From NCBI GenBank assembly GCA_030390025.1, contig CM059432.1:125738001-125802000 (forward strand): DNA of 64,000 nt. The letters run 5' to 3'. The DNA comes from Squalus acanthias. Taxonomy: Eukaryota. This document shows, piece after piece, positions 40,101-51,996 of the stretch; within the stretch, counting starts at the first letter, position 1; the number at the start of each line of letters is the position of its first letter. The position numbers and the translations under genes were made by a program. The notes beneath the pieces are model-generated. The model worked only from the letters and a program-made list of their open reading frames with translations. It was not told the DNA's origin and did not search any database.

Positions 40101-43100
40101 AGGTCTGTGCCTCTCCACTATTCAGATAGAGGTCTGAACCTTTCAACTATTCAGATAGAGGTCTGTCTCTCTCATCTATTCAGATAGAGGCCTGTCTCTC
40201 CACTATTCAGATAGAGGTGTGTCTCTCTCCACTATTCAGATAGAGGTCTGTCTCTCGCCTCTATTCAGATAGAGGTCTGTCTCTCTCCACTATTCAGATA
40301 GAGATGTATCTCTCTCCACTATTCAGATAGAGGTCTCTCGCTGCCCACTATTCAGATAGAGGTCTGTCACTCGCCACAACTCAGATAGAGCTCTGTCTCT
40401 CTCCACTATTCAAATGGAGGTGTGTCTCTCCCCACTATTCAGAGCGAGGTCTGTCCCTGTCCACTATTTAGATAGACGTCTGTCCCTCACCACAACTCAG
40501 ATAGAGGTCTGTCTCTCTCCACTATCTATTCAAATAGAGGTCTGTGCCTCTCCACTATTCAGATAGAGGTCTGTCTCTCTCCACTATACAGATAGAGGTC
40601 TGTTTCTCTCCACTATTCAGAATGAGGTCTGTGCCTCACCACTATTCAGATAGAGGTCTGTGTAACTCCACTATTCAGATAGAGGTCAGTGCCTCTCCAC
40701 TATTCAGATAGAGGTCTGTCTCTCTCCATTATTCAGATAGAGGTCTGTGTCTCTCCACTCATCAGATAGAGATCTGTCTCTCTCTACTATTCAGATAGAG
40801 GTCTGACTCTCTCCTCCATTCAGGTAGAAGTCTGTCTCTCTCCACTATTCAGAAAGAGGTCTGTCTCTCTCCACTATTCAGATAGAGGTCTGTCTCTCTC
40901 AACTATTCAGGTAGTTGTCTGTCCCTCTCCACTATTGAGATAGAGGTCGGTCTCTCTCCACTATTCTGATAGAGGACTGTCTCTCTCCACTATTTAGATA
41001 GAGGTTTGTACCTCTCCACTATTCAGATAGAAGTCTGTCCCTCTCCATTATTCAGATAGATGTCTATCTCTCTCCACTATTCAGATAGAGGTCTGTCTCT
41101 CTCCACTATTCAGATAGAGGTCTGTCTCTCTCCACTATTCAGATAGAGGTCTGTGCCTCTCCACTATTCAGATAGAGGTCTGTCTCTCTCCACTATTCAG
41201 ATAGAGGTCTGTCCCTCTCCACTATTCAGATAGAGGTCTGTCTCTCTCCACTATTCAGATAGAGGTCTGTCTCTCTCCACTATTCAGATAGAGGTCTGTC
41301 CCTCACCACTATTCAGATAGAGGTCTGAACCTCTCAACTATTCAGATAGATGTCTGTCTCTCTCCACTATTCAGATAGAGGTCTGTGTCTCTCCACTATT
41401 CAGATAGACGTCTGTCTCTCTCCACTATTCAGATAGAGGTCTGTCCCTCAACGCTATTCAGATAGAGGTCTGTCTCTCTCTCTACTATTCAGATAGAGGT
41501 CTGTCTCTCTCCATTATTTAGATAGCGGTTTGTCTCTCTCCACTATTCAGATAGAGGACTGTCTCTCTCCACTATATAGATAGAGGTCTGTGTCTCTCCA
41601 CTATTGAGATAGAGGTATGTCTCTCTCCACTATTCAGATAGCGATCTGTCTCTCTCCACTATTTAGATAGAGGTTCTTACCTCTCCACTATTCAGATAGA
41701 GGTCTTAACCTCTCCAGTATTCAGATCGAGGTCTGTGCCTGTCCACTATTCAGATAGAGGTCTGTCTCTCTCCACTATTCAGATGGAGGTCTGTCTCTCT
41801 CCACTATTCAGAAAGATTACTGTCCCTCTCCACTATTCAGATAGAGGTCTGTCTCTCTCCATTGTGCAGATAGATGTCTGTCCCTCTCCACTATTGAGAT
41901 AGAGGTCTGTCTCTCTCCACTATTCAGATAGAGGTCAGTCTCTCTCAACTATTCAGATAGATGTCTGTCGCTCTCCACTATTTAGATAGAGGTCTGTCCC
42001 TGCCCACTATTCAGATAGAGGTCTGTCCCTCACCACAACTCAGATAGAGGTCTGTCTCTCTCCACTATTCAATTCGAGGTGTGTCTCTCTCCACTATTCA
42101 GATCGAGGTCTGTCCCTGTCCACTATTCAGATAGATGTCTGTCCCTCACCACAACTCAGATAGAGGTCTGTCTCTCTCCTCTATTCAGATAGAGGTCTGT
42201 CTCTCTCCACTATTCAGATAGAGGTCTGTCTCTCTCCACTATTCAGATAGAGGAATGTCCCTCACCACAACTCAGATAGAGCTCTGTCTCTCTCCACTAT
42301 TCAATTTGAGGTGTGTCTCTCTCCACTATTCAGATCGAGGTCTGTCCCTCACCACAACTCAGATAGAGGTCTGTCTCTCTCCTCTATTCAGATAGAGGTC
42401 TGTCTCTCTCCACTATTCAGATAGAGGTCTGTCTCTCTCCACTATTCAGATAGAGGAATGCCCCTCACCACAACTCAGATAGAGCTCTGTCTCTCTCCAC
42501 TATTCAATTCGAGGTGTGTCTCTCTCCACTATTCAGATACAGGTCTGTCTCTCTCCACTATTCAGATAGAGGTCTGTCTCTCTCCACTATTCAGATAGAG
42601 GTCTGTTTCTCTCCACTATTCAGAATGAGGTCCGTCTCTCTCCACTGTTCAAATAGATGTCTGCACCTCTCCACTATTCAGATCGAGGTCTGTCCCTGCC
42701 CACTATTCAGATAGAGGTCTGTCCCTCACCACAACGCAGATAGAGGTCTGTCTCTCTCCACTATTCAATTCGTGGTGTGTCTCTCTCCACTATTCAGATC
42801 GAGGTCTGTCCCTGTCCACTATTCAGATAGATGTCTGTCCCTCACCACAACTCAGATAGAGGTCTGTCTCTCTCCTCTATTCAGATAGAGGTCTGTCTCT
42901 CTCCACTATTCAGATAGAGGTCTGTCTCTCTCCACTATTCAGATAGAGGAATGTCCCTCACCACAACTCAGATAGAGCTCTGTCTCTCTCCACTATTCAA
43001 TTCGAGGTGTGTCTCTCTCCACTATTCAGATCGAGGTCTGTCCCTCACCACAACTCAGATAGAGGTCTGTCTCTCTCCTCTATTCAGATAGAGGTCTGTC

Positions 43101-46100
43101 TCTCTCCACTATTCAGATAGAGGTCTGTCTCTCTCCACTATTCAGATAGAGGAATGCCCCTCACCACTACTCAGATAGAGCTCTGTCTCTCTCCACTATT
43201 CAATTCGAGGTGTGTCTCTCTCCACTATTCAGATCGAGGTCTGTCCCTGTCCACTATTCAGATAGAGGTCTGTCCCTCACCACAACTCAGATAGAGGTCT
43301 GTCTCTCTCCTCTATTCAGATAGAGGTCTGTCTCTCTCCACTATTCAGATAGAGGTCTGTCTCTCTCCACTATTCAGATAGAGGTCTGTTTCTCTCCACT
43401 ATTCAGAATGAGGTCTGTCTCTCTCCACTATTCAAATAGATGTCTGCACCTCTCCACTATTCAGAGAGAGGTCTGTCTCTCTCCACTATTCAAATAGAGG
43501 TCTGTGCCTCTCCACTATTCAGATAGAGGTCTGTGTATCTCCACTATTCAGATAGAGGTCAGTGCCTCTCCACTATTCAGATAGAGGTCTGTGTCTCTCC
43601 ACTATTCAGATAGAGGTCTGTGTCTCTCCACTCAACAGATAGAGATCTGTCTCTCTCTACTATTCAGATAGACGTCTGGCTCTCTCTTCCATTCAGGTAG
43701 AGGTCTGTCTCTCTCCACTATTCAGATAGATGTCTGTATCTCTCCACTATTCAGATGGAGGTCTGTCTCTCTCCACTATTGAGATAGAGTTCTGTCTCTC
43801 TCCACTATTCAGATAGAGGACTGTCTCTCTCCACTATTTTGATAGAGGTTTGTACCTGTCCACTATTCAGATAGAAGTCTGTCTCTCTCCATTATTCAGA
43901 TAGATGTCTGTCTCTCTCCACTATTCAGATAGAGGTCTGTCCCTCACCACAACTCAGATAGAGGTCTGTCTCTCTCCTCCATTCAGTTAGAGGTCTGTCT
44001 CTCTCCACTATTCAGATAGAGGTCTGTCTCTCTCCTCCATTCAGTTAGAGGTCTGTCTCTCTCCACTATAGAGATAGAGGTCTGTCTCTCTCCACTATTC
44101 AGATAGAGGTCTGTCTCTCTCCACTATTCAGATAGATGTCTGTCCCTCTCCACTATTGAGATAGAGGTCTGTCTCTCTCCACTATTCAGATAGATGACTG
44201 TCTCTCTCCACTATTCAGATAGTCTGTCTCTCTCCACTATTCAGATAGAGGTCTGTGCCTCTCCACTATTCAGATAGAGGTCTGTCTCTCTCCACTATTC
44301 AGATAGAGGTCTGTGCCTCTCATCTCTATTCAGACAGAGGTCTGTGCCTCTCCACTATTCAGATAGAGTTCTGAACCTTTCAACTATTCAGATAGAGGTC
44401 TGTCTCTCTCATCTATTCAGATAGAGGCCTGTCTCTCCACTATTCAGATAGAGGTGTGTCTCTCTCCACTATTCAGATAGAGGTCTGTCTCTCGCCTCTA
44501 TTCAGATAGAGGTCTGTCTCTCTCCACTATTCAGATAGAGATGTATCTCTCTCCACTATTTTGATAGAGGTCTCTCGCTGCCCACTATTCAGATAGAGGT
44601 CTGTCACTCGCCACAACTCAGATAGAGCTCTGTCTCTCTCCACTATTCAAATGGAGGTGTGTCTCTCCCCACTATTCAGAGCGAGGTCTGTCCCTGTCCA
44701 CTATTTAGATAGACGTCTGTCCCTCACCACAACTCAGATAGAGGTCTGTCTCTCTCCACTATCTATTCAAATAGAGGTCTGTGCCTCTCCACTATTCAGA
44801 TAGAGGTCTGTCTCTCTCCACTATACAGATAGAGGTCTGTTTCTCTCCACTATTCAGAATGAGGTCTGTGCCTCACCACTATTCAGATAGAGGTCTGTGT
44901 AACTCCACTATTCAGATAGAGGTCAGTGCCTCTCCACTATTCAGATAGAGGTCTGTCTCTCTCCATTATTCAGATAGAGGTCTGTGTCTCTCCACTCATC
45001 AGATAGAGATCTGTCTCTCTCTACTATTCAGATAGAGGTCTGACTCTCTCCTCCATTCAGGTAGAGGTCTGTCTCTCTCCACTATTCAGAAAGAGGTCTG
45101 TCTCTCTCCACTATTCAGATAGAGGTCTGTCTCTCTCAACTATTCAGGTAGTTGTCTGTCCCTCTCCACTATTGAGATAGAGGTCGGTCTCTCTCCACTA
45201 TTCAGATAGAGGACTGTCTCTCTCCACTATTTAGATAGAGGTTTGTACCTCTCCACTATTCAGATAGAAGTCTGTCCCTCTCCATTATTCAGATAGATGT
45301 CTATCTCTCTCCACTATTCAGATAGAGGTCTGTCTCTCTCCACTATTCAGATAGAGGTCTGTCTCTCTCCACTATTCAGATAGAGGTCTGTGCCTCTCCA
45401 CTATTCAGATAGAGGTCTGTCTCTCTCCACTATTCAGATAGAGGTCTGTCCCTCTCCACTATTCAGATAGAGGTCTGTCTCTCTCCACTATTCAGATAGA
45501 GGTCTGTCTCTCTCCACTATTCAGATAGAGGTCTGTCCCTCACCACTATTCAGATAGAGGTCTGAACCTCTCAACTATTCAGATAGATGTCTGTCTCTCT
45601 CCACTATTCAGATAGAGGTCTGTGTCTCTCCACTATTCAGATAGACGTCTGTCTCTCTCCACTATTCAGATAGAGGTCTGTCCCTCAACGCTATTCAGAT
45701 AGAGGTCTGTCTCTCTCTCTACTATTCAGATAGAGGTCTGTCTCTCTCCATTATTTAGATAGCGGTTTGTCTCTCTCCACTATTCAGATAGAGGACTGTC
45801 TCTCTCCACTATATAGATAGATGTCTGTGTCTCTCCACTATTGAGATAGAGGTATGTCTCTCTCCACTATTCAGATAGCGATCTGTCTCTCTCCACTATT
45901 TAGATAGAGGTTCTTACCTCTCCACTATTCAGATAGAGGTCTTAACCTCTCCAGTATTCAGATCGAGGTCTGTGCCTGTCCACTATTCAGATAGATGTCT
46001 GTCTGTCTCCACTATTCAGATGGAGGTCTGTGCCTCTCCACTATTCAGATAGATATCTGTGCCTCTGCACTATTCAGAATGAGCTCTGTCTCTCTCCACT

Positions 46101-46225
46101 ATTCAGATAGAGCTCTATCCCTCTCAAATATTCAGATAGAGGTCTGTGCCTCTCCACTATTCAGATAGCGGTCTGTGTCTCTCCACTATTCAGATAGAGG
46201 TCTGTACCTCTCCACTATTGAGATA
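25161..46225. repeat. 29-bp tandem satellite array, about 21 kb (about 725 units), with higher-order repeats
   Basis: Consensus CTATTCAGATAGAGGTCTGTCTCTCTCCA, period 29 (e.g. 36781 to 36810), head-to-tail throughout with no inserted elements seen. Confidence 0.99.
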
Positions 46226-46455
46226 AGATAGTTGTTGACACTGAATCAATAACCTTATTGAAACAGAAGTTTAAAGGCTCCTGACAGGTTGACCTTTGGG
46301 AACAAGACAATGGCTCACCCTGGTTTAGGTGTTCTAATTTACACTTCGTACAGAAGCACAAACATCTGCCTTCGTAAAAATGACATCAAGTAAAACGCAC
46401 CTGCTGTTACACCGTTTTTTATGGTAAGCTTAGAACACTTAGAGAAGAGACATAG

Positions 46456-47655
46456 GGGGAAAAATTCAGTTGGTTTGCGCCTCCCGTTAGTGCCTTATGA
46501 GGGCGCTAATGGGGCGCAAAGCAATGAGCCCCCGTGGGCGACGATGTTTACGCCGCTCACAAAATTAACTAGACATTTTGCGGTGGCACTAAACACTACC
46601 GCCACGATCTCCTGCGCTGGCAGATCGTGACGTCAGTTGAGTGTGCAACGCCCTGGTAGCGCCCCGGATCAGATATTGAGTGGCGCCCCCTGCCTTCCCG
46701 CCTGCCACTAGCAACGACAGGTTGAGGGGAGCCTTTTTCAGTCAGGAAGAGACTGGGGGAGCGCTATTTCACAGAATCACAGAATCCCCACAATGCAGAT
46801 AGAGGCCATTTCGGCCCATCGAGCCTGCACCGACACATATCCCACCCTATCCCCGTAACCCCACGTATTTAATCCCCCTTACACTAAGCGTCAATTTATC
46901 ATAGCCAAATCAAACTAACCCGCACATCTTTGGACTGTGGGAGGAAACCGGAGCACCCGGAGGAAACCCACGCAGACACGGGGAGAATGTGCAAACTCCA
47001 CACAGACAGTCACCCGTGGCCGGATTCGAACCTGGGTCCCTGGCGCTGTGAGGTAACAGTGCTAACCACTATGCCACCGTGTTTAAAGGCGACCACTTCC
47101 TGCCATATTTTGTTGGTGACATTTTTGCACCACGCATTCTGAGAGAGAGAGAGAGAGACTTCTGGAGAGATTCAACACTGTGTGAAGGAGTTTTGGGTAC
47201 TGAACAGCACTTTGCAGGTTCATTTTGATTTGCCCTTACTTGTAATGGTTTCGAAAAGACTGTGGTGGCTGCACTCGGAGCTCTTTCCCATGACCTCTCC
47301 ATTGTTCTTTCCAGCAGATTTGATGTACAGGTCTCTCCAGGCCAAGATTCAAGGCTGCAATGAGCAGGATGTGGATGGAGAGCAAGATCAACCCTCCCCT
47401 TTGAGAATTGGCCGACGCCATTGTGTCTGTGTTCCATTGCTGACTGACATCACATGAGCTTTGCCAGCGCTCTGAGGTAGCTCCTCGGCCTTTGCGCCTT
47501 AAGACAGGTGTGTAGCGCCTGATTTAGCTCTCCAATCACCTCCAGGGGCGATAAAAGCCAAGTTTGCAGTCGGAGGCGATAATTAGCGCCAGGCGCTAAT
47601 CTTTGCGCCCGGCCAATAATTGCGCCCCAAACGGGGCGATACTGAATTTTCCCCC
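46456..47655 (+). mobile_element. Non-autonomous Harbinger element, family B copy 1 (contains a SINE)
   Basis: TIRs GGGGAAAAATTCAGT / ACTGAATTTTCCCCC, flanks TAG/CAG. Left subterminal blocks shared with the 56450 element. Right end is the reverse complement of 63705-64000. Confidence 0.87.
46770..47081 (-). mobile_element. HE1-like (V-SINE) tRNA-derived SINE
   Basis: A box TGGCATAGTGG, B box GGTTCGAATCC, V-domain-like TGTGGAGTTTGCACATTCTCCCCGTGTCTGCGTGGGTTTCCTCCGGGTGCTCCGGTTTCCTCCCAC, CR1-like tail GATGGGCCGAAATGGCCT and (ATTCTGTG)n. Confidence 0.88.
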
Positions 47656-48419
47656 CAGAATTCTGTAATGCTGCCAGCTGAGGTGACTGTAAGAATTGCA
47701 GGGGTCAGCAGAAAAATGATGAGAGATAATTAGCTTACATCAGCAGAAAACCTTAAAGGAAATACCACTGGAAAAGGGTATAAATATTGAACTCTCAAAT
47801 GGGATAGTAGACTTGCTTTGAAGGAGCAAAGCGATTCTCGGCTTCAGAGGCGGCTCTGTAAGTCTCCAACTCTTTGTACCTCAAAGATCAAAGGTATTTG
47901 ATTTTGGTGGATATCCTGTAGTAAACTAAGAATTATAAAACTGTAGTGAAGTTAAGATTTGAGAGTAAGTTCTCTGATAATAGAATTGTAAGCTTTCTCT
48001 TTTTGGAACTGTTAATGTTGCGATTAACTCACCAACTGTAAATTACATGTCGGTTCTTTAATAAATCTATATATTTTTAGAATTGTCTCACAAGACTTCT
48101 GTATCAAACTCGCAAACTCAATTTCTGTACACTCTTTGGTGAGGAATTGCAGAATTCTGGGGGAGTTTTCCGGACCCTCATAATATCCGGAACGTTACAG
48201 CCCAGCTAAACTTATTGAAAGTACTATCTGGAGGACGGTAACATTTTCAGGTTGTTCCTTTCCTTTAGGGAGAGATAGTCCGGACCTTTAGACCCAATTA
48301 AGCGTCTTTAGGATTCGGCTACCTCAAACTTTAGTTGAAAGTGAACGTCTGAGGAATACTCCTGATCTGGGGTAGCCCTAAAGGGGCTAGGACTAGTAAT
48401 TATCCCTTCAGTAGCAAAG

Positions 48420-48785
48420 GCTTTGATCACAATCCTTCAAACATCTTTCAATATGGGAGGACTGGAGGGTTGCCAGTATATAACACCTTAATTCAAAAAG
48501 GGGGAAAGGGATAAACCCAGTAACTATCGACCAGTTAGCTTAACACCACTACTGGGTAAGCTTCTTGAGGCCAATAAAGGATAAAATTAATACTCACTTA
48601 GAAGGAGTTTGGTTAATTAAGGATAGCCAGCATGGATTTGTAAAAGGCAAGTCATATCTGACAAATTTAATAGCGTTCTTTGAGGAAATAATGAAATGTG
48701 TTGATAAAGATAATGCAGTACAAGCTGTGTATATGGATTTTCAAAAGGCTTTTGATAAGGTGCTGCATAGGAGGCTTGTTGATTA
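48420..48785 (+). mobile_element. CR1 RT fragment
   Basis: SQHGFVKGKSYLTNL, YMDFQKAFDKV. Confidence 0.85.
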
Positions 48786-49069
48786 ATCCTGCAGCAACAA
48801 GGAAGTTTCTTCCCTCACATTGGCAAGCTCCCAAAGAGTGGCATTCCAGAAGCTAGGGGTGCACCCACATTATGTTAATTTGCCTGACCCGGAAACTCCA
48901 GCGGGGTCTGTCCAACTTTTGTTGGGCCATCCCACTCTGCTATTGTTCCTGCAGCCTAAAAGTCATACAGCCATCTTTGAGTTTGTGTGCATTGCTGATG
49001 CTGCTGGTCCTTAAGAAGGACAAGAAATGTGATTCAATGTAAATTATTGGAAAGTCCATAACCTGACAG

Positions 49070-49885
49070 AAACTGATGCCTATGCCTTGCATGGAGGAGA
49101 TCCTTGAGAAACTGAGGGGGCTGGTGGGGGGGAGGCAGTAAGTATCTGACAACTCTAGACCTGATAAAAACTGCTAAGTGCCAGGGCCCAGTTGCAGTCT
49201 GTCTGCATTTGCTATACCAGTGGGGCTTTATAAATTTACTGTTGTGTCTTTTGGGATGAATAAAAGTATCCACCACATTCCAATGGCTAGTGGATTCCAT
49301 TCTGACAAGAGCCAAGGATTACATGCTGGTATACATTGATGAATCAGACATGGTGGACACCTCACTCACCTCAATGACCTATTAACCCAAGAAGTGTAAC
49401 ATTGGCATGGCTGAGGTATTTCCCTTCAGTCATCATGAGAGGAACCAGAGACCTGACCAGGTGAAGGTGGACATGCTCGTGCACTGTGCCTGCACCATGA
49501 CCAGAAAACAGATACGGGCATTCCTCGGGTGAGCTAGCTATTTGTTCCCAACTATAGAAGTATAGTCACAACATTAACTGATTTGATACAGTATGCAAAC
49601 CCTAACCAAATGATCCAGTCCACTGATGTGGAAAATGCTTTTGTAAGCTCTATGACCCTGTGTGAAGATCTTGTGCTAGCTAGTCCAGATTATTCCCAAA
49701 CTTTTATGGTTCACACTAACACATCAGTCAGGGGTAACGGTGCTGTGTGGTCAGGTGAATGATGATGAAGAGGAAAACCCCATTGTTTGCCTGAGACACA
49801 AGTCATTGCCAAGGGAAATAAGTTATTCAACAATTAAAGAAGAATGTCTAAATGTTATCTGGATACTTCAGAAGCTACAACTGTA
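49070..49885 (+). mobile_element. Degenerate Ty3/Gypsy pol remnant (RT-RNase H)
   Basis: Manual translation across frameshifts gives MPMPCMEEILEKL, YLTTLDL, GLYKFTVVSFGM, TTFQWLVDSIL, VYID, KQIRAFLG, VLASPDYSQTFMVHTNTS and LPREISYSTIKEECLNVIW. Confidence 0.75.
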
Positions 49886-49894
49886 GTCATAAAA

Positions 49895-50828
49895 GGAACA
49901 TAAGAACATAAGAAATAGGAGCAGGAGTAGGCCATTCGGCCCCTCGAGCCTGCTCCACCATTCAATAAGATCATGGTTGATCTTCTACCTCATCTCCACT
50001 TTCCTGCACTATCCCCATATCCCTTGATTCCCTTAATATCCAAAAACCTATCGATCTCTGTCTTGAATATACTCAATGACTGAGCCCCCACAGCCCTCTC
50101 GGGTAGAGAATTCCAAAGATTCACCACCCTCTGAGTGAAGAAATTTCTCCTCATCTCAGTCCTAAATGGCCGACCCCTTATTCGGAGACTGTGAACCCTG
50201 GTTCTAGACTCCCCAGCCAGGGGAAACATCCTCCCTTCATCTACCCTGTCAAGCCCTGTAAGAATTTTGTATGTTTCAATGAGATCACCTCTCATTCTTC
50301 TAAATTCTGGAGAATATAGGCCTAGTCTACTCAATCTCTCCTCATAGGACAATCCCCCCATCCCAGGAATCAGTCTGGTGAACCTTCGTTGCACTCCCTC
50401 TATGGCAAGTATATCCTTCCTTAGGTAAGGAGACTAAAATTGTACACAATACTCCAGGTGTGGTCTCACCAGGGCCCTATGTAATTGCAGTAAGACATCT
50501 TTACTCTTATACTCAAATCCTCTTGTAATAAAGGCCAACATACCATTTGCTTTCCTAATTGCTTGCTGTACCTGCACGTTAACTTTCAGTGATTCGTGTA
50601 CAAGGACACCCAGGTCCCTCTGAACACCAACATTTCCCAATCTCTCACCATTTAAAAAATACTCTGCTTTTCTATTTTTCCTACCAAAGTGGATAACTTC
50701 ACATTTCTCCACATTATATTCCATTTCCCATGTTCTTGCCCACTCACTTAGCCTGTCTATATCCCCTTGAAGCCTCTTTGCATCCTCCTCACAGCTTACA
50801 TTCCCACCCAGCTTTGTATCATCAGCAA
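49895..50828 (-). mobile_element. CR1 3' fragment
   Basis: ORFs 49990-50394 and 50434-50724 (LVRPHLEYCVQF, RRMRGDLIE) and (TTCTTATG)n tail. Confidence 0.92.
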
Positions 50829-51996
50829 GGACTGCAGTTACTGTGCATACAGACCAGAATCACATAGTGCTGTTGCTTTCGACTTGCAACAAAAAAACGC
50901 GCATCTGTGCAATGCAGGGATTGCCCAAGGTACAACATTGTCAATTAGCATTATTCTGGTTCACAAAATGAGAACTGCCATGTGTTGTCATGTTAGGAAC
51001 AAATGCAACCTCATCCCTCATCAGCGCCATGTCAGTGGCACTGATGAATAGGAAATCCAGGCGGGGAGTGATGTGACAAAAATGAAGCATTTCTGTCTGT
51101 AATGTGTCATGGTGTCGGCTCCTTTCTTTCTGCCATGATGCACAATCAGGTTGACTCACAGAAAATGGCCCAGCTTATTTTGATAAACAGCGCCAGAACA
51201 TAGACATTGGGACATCTTTTCCTCTGGAGTTACGTCAGCTCCCCGGGATTTCCTGCTGGAAGTGAGATCAGCATTCAATGTGTCAGCCAAAATATGGACG
51301 GACGTATTGCAATGATAGAATATTCCTAACATTTGTGTCATAGAAATGCTGGCACTAGGAATGCTGTGCAGTTCCTGGTGTACAGGGTTGCTACGGCATA
51401 GAGAGAGGGAATTTAGAAGTGTAACCAATTGGAGGAGGATTGATTAAACTCCCTCTGCAGCCATTTTTTAAAAAAATAAGAAACATTTCAGCAGTCCCAG
51501 AAACAGCTGGCCAACTTACACTGCTGCAGCCTCCCAAGGTCTGCAGCAGCAATTTCCAGTGCCTCCCCAAGGCAGGATGCCTAATACTGTTCAAGTACGA
51601 ATCACACTGGGAGCCTGTCGAAATTATTCAAATGAGCCTGACCGTGGTCAATCAGCTCGGGTCAGGGGGTGAATGGGGCAGGAGGAAAAGCTTCCCTGCC
51701 CCCTGCTCCCTACATTTGCTGGTTTAAAGGCCAGAAGGATATTCCTAGCTGTTGTGTCTGGCCAGGTGACTGAGGGAGGGGCTAAGCACATATTTAAATT
51801 TCATTGGGCCTAGTTATTTCTTAAGAAGCATTTTTCACCCTGTCCTGTTCAAACTGAACCTTCCATCTAAAGCCATCAGAAAGAGATAGATAGGCAGAGA
51901 TACTCCGTGGATGGTCAGCTACAAGGTGCTAAATAAGATTAATATTCATGCACCTCCTGTCCAGTTTAGTTTACACTGCAGTTCAGTGCAGCAGTT

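Noticed and set aside
25161..46225. 29-bp repeat with internal dyad as a CRISPR array
   Set aside because: Units are directly head-to-tail with no unique spacers, no cas genes, and the context is a vertebrate genome.
51041..51056. CTGATGA-ATAG-GAAA as a second hammerhead
   Set aside because: No stem II between the core boxes and no supporting stems I or III.
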